Source: Chiloscyllium plagiosum
Taxonomy: Eukaryota
Direction of reading: 5' to 3'
DNA length: 64,000 nucleotides
Assembly: GCF_004010195.1 (NCBI RefSeq)
Contig: NC_057720.1
Location: 27,901,473 to 27,965,472, forward strand
In this document: positions 1 to 13,400 of the stretch, one piece after another
Layout: each line of letters opens with the position of its first letter
Numbering within the stretch: position 1 is the stretch's first letter
Made by a program: the position numbers and the translations under genes
The notes under the pieces: generated by a model
The model's input: only the letters and a program-made list of their open reading frames with translations
Databases searched by the model: none
Told to the model about the DNA's origin: nothing

Positions 1-86
1 GAAGAAGGGCTTATGCCTGAAACGTCGATTCCCCTGTTCCTTGGATGCTGCCTGACCTGCTGCACTTTTCCAGCAACACATTTTCA
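1..86 (+). mobile_element. Penelope-like element (PLE) 3' terminal repeat fragment, truncated by window edge
   Basis: Near-identical to 7314-7399 and to the arms at 19461-19550 and 23533-23612 (GAAGAAGGGCTTATGCC.GAAACGTCGATT...CAGCAACACATTTTCA). Confidence 0.85.
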
Positions 87-2529
87 CCCCTGTCTGTCAT
101 AGTTTGATCTGCCCCTCTGTGATCCCTAAATTGACCTGAGTGGCCAATTGAAAACTGTGTTAAGTCCCTCTCCTTTGCCCAGCAGAACTGAATCGTGCCA
201 CTATTAACTCTTGAGCTGTCTGTGCTCCTCATGTTGTATTTCAGAGAATGCTTGTTTCCCTGGTCCAACTGAATGCACAGGATTTCATCACGTGTTTTCA
301 TGTTTGTCCTCTTTCACTGACATCTACACATTCTTAATTTAGGAGTAAACTTTTCTTCCTCTCATTCTCTACATTTAAAATTTATAACTAAGGAATTATG
401 TAACATTTTTTACACAGAATAATAGCCGTTAGATCAGTGTTATTAACTACTTAAAGCAGATATTTTTAAAGCAAGATGGGATGAACTAGATGATACTGGG
501 AATATTGAAAGGTAATTTGCAAAATGCAGTCTAAATAAATATTTTATATTTTAAATTTAACATACCAAAGTATTACAGATTGGGGAGGAGTTGAGGGTTG
601 GAGAAAATAAATCTGATATCTTTATCTTTTTGGCAGTATGATTTGCCTCAGACTAAATGAATTGTTTAAGTGCCAGGGTGATCAAGGTGTAAACACAATT
701 TGTTCTGTAAAAACAGGCTATATTCACCCTGATCTTATCTCAATCTTGTACAGTTTAACGTTCTGTGTGGATTCTTTTTGGATGCTTATTTTTTCAGTCT
801 ATGATCAGCCTTGGTTAAGTTGTAACAATGATGGTATGTCTGAGTTGATAGAGCTGGAAAAATAAATAAATGAATGTGATTGCCCTGTTCAGTTTCTATT
901 ATAGAGATGAAAATTTGAAGGTTAGATTACATTTTGATTCTTTGTTTCACTTTCAATCTGATATGGTTACAATGTTTCTTTAATAGAGGTCAAAAAAGAA
1001 AAGGAATGTTGTAAAGACTTAGTATATTAAGGTTCATAGAAGACCATGTGTAATGAGATACCAAAGTAAGATAATAGTGAATGAAATAGAATCTGTAGGA
1101 AGAAAAGTGAATGAAACCATTGAAGGGAACACAGGAAATACCAGAAAACGTATACATTTTCAAGATGGTCAGAGAAGCATGAGGGAAATAGAAATAAAGA
1201 TAGCTGTTGAAGTCCTGCTCGTGGCACCTAGCTGCGTGAGTCATTATAACTTCTCAGACATTTTCCTAACCTCTGACTGCAACAAAACAGACTATTGAAG
1301 GAATAGGAACATGATTAAAGTTGGAGATGAACCAAAGGCTGTAGGATCATGCTACTCAATGTCGGATCAATTACAACTACTTTTAATCACTTATTTTATT
1401 ATTTTTCCATTTAGTTTTACATATGTGCACCCTAGAAAGTTTAAATTGTTCAAGGCAATGTGATTTCTGGAATGTGAAACTGAACAATTATTAAATAGTC
1501 ATGGCAGAGGGCACAAAAAAGTGAAATTTGAAATGTTATTTGTGAAAAGAATAAAGCTACACAATTCCATAACTTAAAATAGAAGCATTCTTGCTGTACA
1601 AGAGTTGGCAGAGCAAGCTCGAGATACTATCTTATAGTCAAAAATCCAAACTTAATCAGTAAAACATTAATTAGCAGGCAAATTGTGCAGAATGTACTGC
1701 AAAATCACATCTTTAGTTACAGATACAACCAAGGCAGATTTAATGAATTAGCTCAGCAGTTCACTCTGATTTCAGTGAACATAGTGGGTCACAAAATACT
1801 TCAGAATCCATTTCCTCATGAGGAATCTCAAATCCTCTCCTTCCAAGAGCATTTGTGATGCCTCACTAATCTGTCCATAGGCATAACCTTCACCACCAGC
1901 AGAACACCGATGCAGACATGCTCAAATTAATCTGGATGAGGTAGCCACACTAATAATATCTTCCAGGAACACAAACAGCTTCAGTACCCTATTCTTGATG
2001 TCTGGAACTGGACTGTCGTCTTCAGTGTGCTTGTACTGTTTCAGTGAACTCAATGACTCCTACTGTTCAGCTAGAATTGATCAGTGATCCTTTTATATCT
2101 TTCAGCAGTCAAAAAGTTTTGAATGAAAATCAATTTAAATTCTGTTTGACCTTCGGTTTCATTTTCAGTTCAGCTTTTATTTTGAGTGCTGCCTCAAAAA
2201 CATACAAATTCAACATAAATATGCATTCCCTCACAAAAAGGAAAATGATTAGAGCCACTACTCTTACATTGGCCAGTGGTAAAATAGTAGAACCCGTTAT
2301 GAAGGCTAAAGCTGAAGACGGTGAAAATACTGTTTCAGAATCTCAAATTCAGCACCATTCCTATTAGCCTAGAGGGAAAGTTTCAGTTAGATGACAGCAT
2401 GAAGCTAACAAATTACAGCCCTTTATGGACCAAAGTTTTTTTTTCAAATTGCACTTTTAAAGATGTCAAGGATATTGATTGGAATTGATATTTATGACTT
2501 GTTAGATACACAGCCTGACTTTCGTTTCC

Positions 2530-2885
2530 ATTGAAGGCCATTCAGCCCTTGAGCCTGACATCCAATAAATGATCATGGTTGATAATCTAACTCAGTACAC
2601 TGTTTCTGCTTTCTCCAAATACCCCTTGATCCCTTTAGCCCTAAGAATTATACTTGCCTCCTTTTGTGAAAGCATTCAATGTTTTAGCCTCAACTGCTTT
2701 CGTGGCAGAGAATTTCAGAGGCTCACCCATGTCTGGGTGAAGAAATTTCTCCTCTTCTCAATCCTAAATTGTCTACTTTGCATTCTGAGACTGTGAACCA
2801 TGATTCTGGGCTCCCCGGTCATCAGCGAGAGCCTTTTGTGTTTATCCTGCCTCATCCTATTAGAATTTTATAGCTTTCTAAGCGA
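2530..2885 (-). mobile_element. Old CR1/L2-like LINE 3' end fragment
   Basis: Resembles the other minus-strand LINE tails at 4470-4750 and 33995-34207 (GGCCATTCAGCCC...GAAGAAATTTCTCCTC.TCTCA). Confidence 0.6.
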
Positions 2886-3869
2886 TCCACCAATTCCCCC
2901 ACCCCAGATTTTCTCCTCCGATTGCAAGGCAACTGATAACAATAACGTTTGTGGCCTCTTTAGCATCAGTTACTGGTTATTAGCAATATTTCACTGTTAC
3001 ATAGACTGCAGCAGTTCAAGAATGGGCTCAGTTATTAGCAATCTGAAGGGCAATTAGGAATGGACAATAAACGCTGGCCTAGACAGACATGTTCACTCTT
3101 GTAGAAAAAAAAACAAAATGCATGAAATGTACATTTTGGATTTCAACATCTCTTCAAAAGTAGATGCTTCATGTCTGTTTAGTTTTATGATCTAATGAAT
3201 ATTCAATGCAAAGTTCTTGTATATTTGTTTTTCGTATAGGTTTGTCTTCCAAGTTGAGAATGATTATACCTGAAAAATTCATTATTAGAGATTACATTAA
3301 AGTACTGTTCAGAAGTCAAATTTTGTCATGATCTGATATCATTTTGCTCATGTCAATATTATTTTATATCTTAAATTCAGAGTTGTAAAGCTGGGTTCCT
3401 CCTGGAACACTTCCATTGTAACCTAGCAGGATCACACTATAAAGATTAAAATTAGGGTTTGTGTTGCATGGTAGTAGTGTCCTTACCTTCTGGGTCAGAA
3501 GTTCTGGTTTCAAATCCCACCTGTCCCAGACATGTGTCATAACATACTTTTAATCAATCTGTTCAGGTATCAGTAAGGACCAGTATTAGCTAGGAGATGA
3601 AATATACTGGGTCCTAGTCTTGTGTGGAAATTATCCTTTGACCCAGTCAGGTCTAGAGTCTCTTGGCCCAAAGTGGGTGCAAGAAAGGGGCATGTGATGT
3701 GGGCATTCATGATATCAGCATAAGGCAGAATTGATGATCTGGACATCTGAAGAGATTATGCATGTCCTGCTCACCTAATGAGTTTGGTCACCTTGAGGTC
3801 CAAACTGAGGATTTTTGATGGTTAGTAGGTATACCGTTTTAAAGATTCTTTAGTTGCCCTTCAAGTCAC

Positions 3870-4750
3870 AAGAAGTTGTAGAGCATGGAAACAGAGCCTT
3901 TGGTCCAACTCATCCATGCCGACCAGATATCCTAAATTGATCTAGTCCCATTTGCCAGGTTTTGGTCCATATCCTTCTAAACCCTTCCTATTCATAACCA
4001 TCCAAATGGGTTTTAACCCTTTCTTTCAATCTATCCCTTCAGAAATGCTGAGAACATGTATACACATGAATTAGGAGCAGGAAAAGACTATTCAACCTCC
4101 CTCACCTGCTCTGCTCTTCAATAATATCATGGCTGATCTGATCATGGCCTCAACTCTACATCCCCACCAACCACAATAGCCATTCCCACAAAAACATTTC
4201 ACTACATGGTGGAATAGTTACCTTCCAAGCTGACAAATATTGAACCAAATTCGTGGTTAGTGTGGACATATGAGATAGTTCTGTTAGTCATACTTTAGTC
4301 CTGTGAACTGTCATTAAGTCAACAACCAAAGTTCCAGTTAGTCCCATCAGATGGTTGGTCTGCACTGCACTTGAGGTCAGTCATGAGGAATTCCCCAAAG
4401 GCTTTGTATTTCATTTGCTATTTCAGCTAAAACTTCTCATTGGTCCACTCCTTATATTGTCTATGTTTCAATCAGCCCTTCAAGCATGCTCTGCCATTCA
4501 TTATGACCATGATTGACCATCCAACTCAGTACTTGTTCCCACTTTCTTCCCATGCCCTTTGATCCCTAAGAACTATATCTACCTTCCTTCATGAAAACCA
4601 GCTTTCTGTAGCTGAGAATTCCACCACTGTCAAGTTGAAAAAAATTCTCATCTCTGTTCTAAATGGTTTACTCTCTGTCCTTAGACTGTGATCCTCCTTG
4701 TTCTGGGCTTCCCAGTCATCCAGAACATCCTTCCTGCATTTGCTGTCTTG
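3870..4750 (-). mobile_element. Cluster of short CR1-like LINE 3' tails (about 3870-4020, 4065-4170, 4470-4750)
   Basis: 3870-4020 matches the CR1 tail at 46690-46840 (GCATGGAAACAGA.CC.T.GTCCAAC.C.TCCATGCCGACCAGATATCC). Confidence 0.65.
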
Positions 4751-4956
4751 ACCTATTGGTCCTCCAAAACATGTTGTTTAGTAAAAGTAAAATTCAACAA
4801 GCAACTTACAGAATGTTCTAGTAAAGAACTGCAATTTATTCTACAAAAATAAATATGAAGATTACGATTTGTGATTGATCATTTTATATATTAGTTGAGA
4901 TTTACACACACACTGTCAGTATGATTATTCTTAGTGGGATAACAATTACGTACTAG

Positions 4957-5596
4957 GCAAAAGTGAGGACTGCAGACGTTGGAAACCAGAGTTTAGATCA
5001 GAGTGGTGCTGGAAAAGCACAGTAGGTTAGGCAGCATCCAAGGAGCAGGAAAATCATTTTGGGCAAAAGCCCTTCATCAGGAATAGATGCAGGAAGCCTC
5101 CAGGGTGGAGAGATAAATGGGGGCTGGGGCTGGGGAGAAGGTAGGAAAGAGTACAATAGGTGAATGGGGGTGGGGATGGAGGTGATAGGTCAGAGGGGAG
5201 GGTGGAGCGGATGGGTGGGAAGGGAGATTGTCAGGTAGGATAGGTCATGAGGACAGTGCTGAGCTGGAAGGTTGGAACTGAGGTAAGGTGGGGGGAGGGG
5301 AAATGAGGAAACTGGTAAAATCCACATTGATGCCCTGGGGTTGAAGTGTTCTGAGGCGGAAGATGAGGTGTTCTTCCTCCAGGCGGAGGAGTTCCCTGAA
5401 GCACTCTGCTAGGAGGTGCCTGTCTCCCCAATGTAGAGGAGACCTCATCGGGTGCAACGGATACAATAAATGACATTGGTGGATGTGCAGGTGAAACTTT
5501 GATAGATGTGGAAGGCTCCTTTGGGGCCTTGGATGGGGTGAGTGAGGAGGTATGGGCGCAGGTTTTGCAATTTCTGTGGTGGCAGAGGAGGGTGCC
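4957..5596 (-). mobile_element. Penelope-like element 3' part (GIY-YIG C-terminus and terminal repeat), inverted relative to the adjacent copy
   Basis: Minus-strand ORF contains LEEEHLIFRLRTLQPQGINVDF, homologous to LEEECLIFRLGTLQPQGMNADF at about 7040-7110; the terminal repeat is at 4957-5085. Confidence 0.85.
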
Positions 5597-7437
5597 AGGC
5601 TAAACACAAGCTCACGGACACCTCCTCCTACTGCCCCCTTGACCATGACCCCGCCTTCCTGACCATCTATAATCTCATCACCTCAGGGGATCTCCCATCC
5701 ATCGCCTCCAACCTCATACTTCCACAACCCCGCACCACCCGTTTCTACCTCCTGCCCAAAATCCACAAACCTGACTGCCCCGGTCGACCCACTGTCTCAG
5801 CCTGCTCCTGCCCCACCAAACTCCTCTCTGCATACCTCGACACGGTCCTGTCCCCCTTAGTCCAAGAACTCCCCACGTATGTTAGGGACACCACCCACGC
5901 CCTCTACCTCCTCCATGATTTTCGCTTCCCCGGCCCCCAACGCCTTATCTTCACCATGGACATCCAGTCCCTATACACCTCCATCCCCCATGACGAAGGC
6001 CTCAAAGCTCTCTGCTTCTTCCTCTCCCGCCGACCCAACCAGTACCCTTCCACTGACACCCTCCTTCGACTGACTGCACTGGTCCTCACTCTGAACAACT
6101 TCTCTTTCCAATCTTCCCATTTCCTGCAAACCAAAGGAGTAGCCATGGGCACCCGCATGGGCCCCAGCTATGCCTGCCTCTTCGCTGGATATGTGGAACA
6201 ATCCATCTTCCGCAGCTACACTGGCACCACCCCCCACCTTTTTCCTCCGCTACATCGATGACTGTATCAGTGCTACCTCGTGCTCCCACGAGGATGTTGA
6301 ACAGTTTATCCACTTTACTTACACCTTGCACCTTGACCTCAAATTTACCTGGACCGTCTCAGATTCCTCCCTCCCCTTCCTACACCTCTCCATTTCTATC
6401 TCGGGCGACCGACTCAACACGGACATTTACTATAAACCGACCGACTCCCACAGCTACCTAGATTACACCTCCTCCCACCCTGCCCCCTGTAAAAATGCCA
6501 TCACATATTCTCAATTCCTTCGCCTCCGCCGCATCTGCTCCCAGGAGGACCANNNNNNNNNNNNNNNNNNNNNNNNNNNNNNNNNNNNNNNNNNNNNNNN
6601 NNNNNNNNNNNNNNNNNNNNNNNNNNNNNNNNNNNNNNNNNNNNNNNNNNNNNNNNNNNNNNNNNNNNNNNNNNNNNNNNNNNNNNNNNNNNNNNNNNNN
6701 NNNNNNNNNNNNNNNNNNNNNNNNNNNNNNNNNNNNNNNNNNNNNNNNNNNNNNNNNNNNNNNNNNNNNNNNNNNNNNNNNNNNNNNNNNNNNNNNNNNN
6801 NNNNNNNNNNNNNNNNNNNNNNNNNNNNNNNNNNNNNNNNNNNNNNNNNNNNNNNNNNNNNNNNNNNNNTGGCCTCCTCTACATTGGGGAGACAGGCCGC
6901 CTACTTGTGGAACGTTTCAGAAAACACCTCTGGGACACCCGCACCAACCAACCCAACCGCTCCGTGGCTGAACACTTTAACTCCCCCTCCCACTCCGCAG
7001 GTCCTTGGCCTCCTCCATTGCCAGACCATGGCAACACGACGCCTGGAGGAAGAGTGCCTCATCTTCCGCCTAGGAACCCTCCAACCACAAGGGATGAATG
7101 CAGATTTCTCCGCTTCCTCACTTCCCCTCCCCCCACCTTTATCTCAGTCCCAACCCTCGGACTCAGCACCGCCTTCTTGACCTGCAATCTTCTTTCCGAC
7201 CTCTCCGCCCTCACCTTAACCTCCTTCCACCTATCGCATTTCCAATGCCCCTCCCCCAAGTCGCTCCTCCCTACCTTTTATCTTAGCCTGCTTGGCACAC
7301 CCTCCTCATTCCTGAAGAAGGGCTTATGCCCGAAACATCGATTCTCTTACTCCTTGGATGCTGCCTGACCTGCTGTGCTTTTCCAGCAACACATTTTTCA
7401 GCTCTGATCTCCAGCATCTGCAGTCCTCACTTTCTCT
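5597..7437 (+). mobile_element. Penelope-like retroelement: frameshifted RT + GIY-YIG endonuclease, interrupted by a gap
   Basis: PLE RT motifs FYLLPKIHKPDCPGRP, FTMDIQSLYTSIP, GVAMGTRMGPSYA, FLRYIDD, YYKPTDSHSYLDY; GIY-YIG region YIGET..RF.(E)H..VAEHFN; C-rich 3' UTR and terminal repeat. Confidence 0.92.
6553..6869. other. Assembly gap (N run)
   Basis: Run of N. Confidence 1.
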
Positions 7438-7444
7438 TGATTAG

Positions 7445-10441
7445 TTAACATGTATGCATCTGGCAAAATTCAACTACATCCTGATGTAGTCCAGGCCAGT
7501 AAAAATGTCTTTAGGGCTGTGTTTTCCTCAGCCCTAAAAGACCTCCAAGTGGTAGCTCATGTGCCACTCGCAGCACCTATTTTCTATATGCTACTGGCAA
7601 AACAATTTTTGTTGAATCTCTGCCCATTTCTCATCTGCTTGAATGTGTGGTGGTCTCCATTTCCTCATTAAGACATCATTTGTTAAGTGATAAAACACAG
7701 GAATGCATTCACTTTCTTTCCAGAAAATGCCTTTTGATAAAACTATTTTAACTCATCTTTCTGCTGTAACTCAATCAGCTGAGCAGAGCTGAAAAAAACT
7801 AGCATGTTTGCCTATTTGCTCCTTCTCTGTTCTACTTACCTGATCAAAAAGTTTCAGGTAACACTGTCAGCTTCCTTATCTATGCCTTTTGATCTTTCCT
7901 GCTTCAGCTTGTGCCTCTCTGATCTTATGATCACTCAATCAGGGAAAATTCCTAAACAGTTTCCATGTCGTCAATTGCCTATGTCTGCACTGGCTTTTCA
8001 ACTAGAGTAGGCAGCGTGCCTATTAATGAATCAGCTGTATCATTTGCAAGGACAAATTGCATTCCTGGAGCTGAAAGTTTGTCAGTACTCCTACCAGAAA
8101 TTCTCCACACTTCTCTGGACTCTGTAGCCTCACTTTACATAATTGAATACTTTTTGTTACACCATGAATTCCTGTTATCAGCACCTTTTTTGGCAATAGT
8201 CCCTCAGGAGTGCATATCTCCTCATCCTTCAGCATTACAGACTGAGAAGATCATGTGTCCCTTAATATTGTAACCTCTTTACCTGCCAAGCTTGGCCTAT
8301 GTGAATAAATGTTACCCTTGCATGTATATTTTTTAAGCAGATCTGACACTTCCTCCTTTATCAACCTCTGATCAGTTTGTACTCTGAGGCAGTTGTCTAA
8401 CTTCCCTTGTGCTTTTGTTGTACTGGTTCAACAAAACTCTAGGCTTGTCTGGTTTCTCTACATCTAGCTTTCTCCTAGCCCACCAACACTGGGGTGATTT
8501 AATGTGGCCCACTTTATTACAATGAAAATACTGGAGCTTTTTAACTTTGTCCCCCTCAAGGGTTTCTTTTTTACCCTGTGGTTAGTTATCATTATGATCT
8601 TCACTGAGATCTACCTTTCCCTTTCCACGTGAGGATTTCTCTTTGCCCCAGTTTTTATCCCTCATGGACTGAAATTGATTCTGGATACCAAACGGAGTTT
8701 TATGGATCAGCTCATAATCATCAGCCAGTTCAGCTGCTAAACTTGCCGTTTTTAACTCTCTGCTCTTCCACTTGAGTTTGCACTACTTCAGGCAGTGAAT
8801 TTTTTAATTCCTCCAAAAAATTACCTCTCTCAGGGCATCACAGATTTGCTCAGTTTTTAAAGCTCTTTTCCATTTATTGAAATTATTCATTTTCATCCTT
8901 TCAAACTCAGTAGAGATTTGACTAGGGTCCCTTCTTAGATTCATGAAACATTGTCTATAGGCTTCTGGTACAAGTTCACATGCACTTAACATGGCTTTCT
9001 TCACCACCTCATACTCCCCAGATACCTCCTCTGATTGCACTGCAAATACCTCACTAGCCCTACCTGCAAGTTTCATCTGGATCAACAAAACCCACATTGT
9101 CACTGGCCACTGCATTTGTTTCGCCACCTTTTTCAAATTAGATGAAGAAGGCTTCCACATCCTTCTCATCAAATCTAGGCAATGCTTGAACATACTTCAA
9201 CAGTTTCTCGCTAGGCTTCTGACTACTAGGGGCTTGCTCGTCTGCACTAAGCCTACCCTTAGCCTTTAGCTCTAGTCTTTTAAGCTGACTTACCTTTTTC
9301 AGTGTCAGTTTTTTGAAGTTCAAAAGCTCTCTTCCTGTTCTGTTCTTTTTTCTCTCTCTCTCTCTGTTCTGCTGATCTTTCTTTTTCCCTCTTCTGCTTT
9401 TAATCATAACCCAAACTGTTTCATTTCACCTGTCCTTTCCTTGTCTCTCGCCTCTAACTCAAGCTGCTTCACTTGCAATTGAATTCTTGCCACCTCTCTA
9501 GATCCTGATGGTTTCTCCAGCAAGTTTTAAATGCTGAGCTACTGCTGTAATTATCTGTAATTTCTTCACAGAAGAAGGCAGTTCCAATTCCAGCTTCTCT
9601 GCTAATTCTTGCAACTTGGTCTTATTCACTTCTTGCAAAACTTCCAAAGTCACTGCATCCACATCTAGAAAACTTTTGGCAACTGAAGGGTCATTCCTAT
9701 TCCAAGCTTTGTCTACCCAACCAAATCAACACCCGAAATAAAGACACTAACACCTACCACTTGCTGATTAAAATTCCAGACGAGTTTATCGGTTATAGAC
9801 TAAGCCAGACCACTCAAAACATTTTTAAGCAGGCAGCTCTGACCATAACTTTGCAATTTTGTTTTGTAAGTGTACAGTGAAAATTACCTGGATTAAAATA
9901 GCTAGGTTGACTACTAGATTTCAAAACAGACAAAATTTTATCCACAAAACTACACGATGAAACACAAAGAACAGCATAAAGAACCCCTACAGAACTCAAC
10001 CTATCCAACTAGACTTAATTATGCTGTTCCGAATATATACACCAGTCCCAATAAGCAAACTCCCTTTTAAAAAAATAAACAGTATAAATGGAACACTGGT
10101 TGAAGCTGGGGGGCAGAAAAGAGAGAGGGAGTTTCCACACAGCACTATCTTGAACTTCCAACCAGTTCAAGACTGAACTAAAACTGCTCAGCCCAACTAA
10201 AGAGCTGACCACTTCCCTTTCATTATACAGGTCACTTCTAAAACTTGACCACTTTGGCCTGAAGTCTCATTTGTTTACATAATAAACAAAAGGTCTTTCA
10301 AAATCCTTTTCAACTCTGTACCAAACCAGTCTGATTGGAGCCCGGTCCGGTTTATTACCACTCTGAAAAGTATCAAGGACAGAGTCTCCTTGAGGCAAGG
10401 AACAGCTTTTAGGGAAAAAAAAATGGACTAGCTTTTTGACA
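7445..10441 (-). mobile_element. Degenerate, 3'-truncated Gmr1-like Ty3/Gypsy LTR retrotransposon (5' LTR about 9792-10441; gag, zinc knuckle, protease, start of integrase)
   Basis: Gag LPRFDEKDVEAFF..WPVTMWVLLIQ.KLAGRASEVF..ELVPEAYRQ; CCHC remnant near 8490-8530; protease LRDT..SQSVML; then integrase zinc-binding VLRVAHELPLGG..HFYWPGLHQDV at about 7450-7600 with no RT in between; degenerate tRNA-Pro PBS remnant near 9772-9790. Confidence 0.85.
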
Positions 10442-13400
10442 GTGTCCAGAAAATTCAAAAGCATTACGGACTCTTCCAGTGGCAGTTTTTGTTCAGGATA
10501 CCTTGGTCCACTTTTTTTTCCACTCCTAAAATGTCCTTACAGAGCCATGGCACTTTCCCCTGCAATTCAGAAGGTGACCCTCCCTCCTCACTATCCAACT
10601 ACATTTACCTGCAGTTTACTCATTTTAGTCTACTGCACTCTCTGCTCAAAATGAGATCTGCTGTATGTTGAGGAGAGTGGCAGTATATCTGTCAGTGGAA
10701 GGCAGCTCAATGCATCTTGGTCTCCTAGATGGTGTTCCAACTTGTAATTATAACCACTTAATAGTAGAACAAACCATTGAAGTCGGTCTGAAGCTTTGAG
10801 CGGCAGTGCCGTGTCTTCTTTAAGTAGACCTAGAAGGGCTTTGTGGTCTGCTAATGTCCCTAAAGGTATGTTGGAACTTCCCAACTCCAAATATGACCGC
10901 CAAACCTTCCTTCTCTATCTAGGCACATTTAAGTTCTGCATTAGCCAAATTTCTGGATGCATATGCTATTGGGCGTTGTTCTCCATTGGGCCACCTGTAA
11001 GCTAATACTACCCTGTTACTGTACAGGGAGGCAATGCATGTGAATACCAGATCTTGCTTGGGATTATAGTGTGTCAACACCTCCAGAGGTTAGACAGGTG
11101 TTTCTTCACTTCCTTACAAGCTATAGTTTGGCAATGTGACCATTTCCAAGGCTGACCCTTTTTAAAGAATTAATGCAAAGGTGCCAGGATGGAGGCCAGG
11201 TTATGCATGAATTTTCTGCAATAATTCGCCAGCCCAAGGAAAGACCTAAGCTTTGGTACAGACATGAGAGTCGGGGCACTTTTGATCATCCTCACTTTAT
11301 TTTCCAAAAAATAACCTGTTCTTTTTGACTCAGTAACCTAAATAGGTCACTGGAACACACTTTTTTCCTTTCTAAGACTTATGGCCACCTCGGAGAAAAG
11401 TCTTAGGACCATGCCCCAGTTCTCTAAGTGCACCTTTCTAGGGTGTGCAATCTTCTGGGGTACCAGCCTACGTGTTCTCTCACTTAGTTTTAGTGAGTCT
11501 CTTTTGCTATCTTGAATCCACACACTAGGAAAGTGCACATCATCTAGATAAATAGCGAACTGGAGTAGACCTTACAAAGTGTTCTTCATTGTCTGCTGAA
11601 AAATTGCACAGACTAACGATATTCCAAATAGTAGTCTTGTATATTGGTACAAACCTTAATGGGTATTAATTGCAGCATACATCTAGGAATCTTCATCTAA
11701 CTGCAAATACCAGCTTTGTGAAGGAAGCCCCCCCCCCATCAACTTTGTCTATAAATCATCTATGCAAGGGACTTGGTATTTATCTAGCTGCAAAAAGCAG
11801 TTTGCCGTTTGTTTAAAATTGCTGCGAAAGTGAACCAACATGATAGGCTTCACAATTGGTATGACTGGTGCTGCCAATTCTGCAAACTGTAGTGGGTTGA
11901 TGATTCCTTCGCTTTCCAGCCTTCTGATTGCCCTCCACTGGATTAGCCCTTGCAGAATCATGGAATTCCCATTAAACATGCAAGCTGGCTCCTTTGATAG
12001 TTCCGAAACCTTGCTGTAAAACTTCTGGGTATTAGGACTTCACTCAGACATTCATTTCCTAATTAAAAATATTGAGCCAATGTAGGTGAATCTTTCTCAG
12101 CCAATTTCATCCAATTAAGCTTGGGACCGAGCTTTACTACAATCAGTGCTAAAACAACCAGCTGCTTCTCATAATAGACCAGAACTGTAGTTCTACCCTT
12201 AATCTGTAAAGGTTCCCAGGTATAGGTTCTCAGTCTAGCTGAGGTCTTATGCAAACTTAAGGTTTGGAGTCCAGAGTGAATTTTGTTAAAGACGGGTTCT
12301 GTGATCGCTGAAAGGGCCATAGCAGTATCAACTTCCATGAGAACCATGTGACCATTTAACATGACTTTTACTTTGATTGTTCTGACTTGGATGTTGCTAA
12401 GCAGTTTAACTGTTCCAAAGCAGATGGAGGGGGACTTTCCAGGGTGTGCACTCTTCTGGGATACCAGCCTAAGTGTTCTCTTACTCAGTTTAGGTCTAGT
12501 GTCTCTTTTGCTATCTTGAATCCACGCACTGGCAGCAACCACAATGGCATGCCGGCCTACATCCTGAAGAAAAATTTAAATGTTGAGTCGAGGCTTGATT
12601 TTGTTTTGGGGTTTTGTTTTGGGCTGACCTAGAATCCCCATGTATAGGATATGTCCAGAGCGAGGCTATGCAATTGCTTTCACTCAAGTGCTGTTTCTTA
12701 AGCTCAGTTGGACTGGCAAGGGTGTCAACCTTCATTGGAATAACTAGCAACTGCTCCACTTGCTGCATTTAAAGCCATGATAAAGCCAGTTGTAGTGTCT
12801 GTTGAAATTCTGGTTGGCTTTCAGCTAGTAGGTGTTTTTGCATGGTTGCATTGTTAAACCCACATACAATTGGACTCTCAGCATTCATTACGGGTTAATA
12901 CAAAGTCACATGCCTCTGCTAGTTGTCTTAACCTTATCAAAAATTCTGATAGAGATTCCCCGGTTCTCGAATTGCCAAGTAAAAATGATAGTGTCTCAGA
13001 ATTAGAGAAGGCATGGGGTTGTAATATTCCTTAACTATATCCATTGACCCGTGAAAGGTTTTAGTATCTCGTGCCTCAGGGAAATGTTAGGCTCCTGATA
13101 ACTGAAAAACCTGCAGGTGCACAAGCTGTCAGGAGAATTACTTATTGTTTTCATCTGCCTCCAATACCATATTTGCCCAGAAAAATTAACGTCGCCTTTT
13201 TATACACTGAGCCCAGTCTTCAATGGCAGAATCAAATGAATCAAGCTTCCCAAATAAGAGCATGATGCCAGAAATGAATATCTCAACTCAGATGACTGTT
13301 GCAAGCAGATTTCTTCAGGAGTGTGCTTTTGTCTCATAGCCACTGAAATAACTTCAGAGGCTAGTATCCATCACCAAGTCAACTTTTATTCACACATGGA

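Noticed and set aside
1040..1235. Possible plus-strand exon (open frame ending at C|GTGAGT)
   Set aside because: Weak acceptor, purine-rich low-complexity composition and no recognisable protein.
1780..2367. Protein-like reading frames on both strands (107-aa plus ORF; a minus frame with an internal stop)
   Set aside because: No motif or convincing splice-site pair; may be an ancient remnant but cannot be supported.
4180..4465. Unique-looking stretch with a minus-strand AAG|GTAACT donor
   Set aside because: Stops occur in the frames checked and there is no good acceptor.
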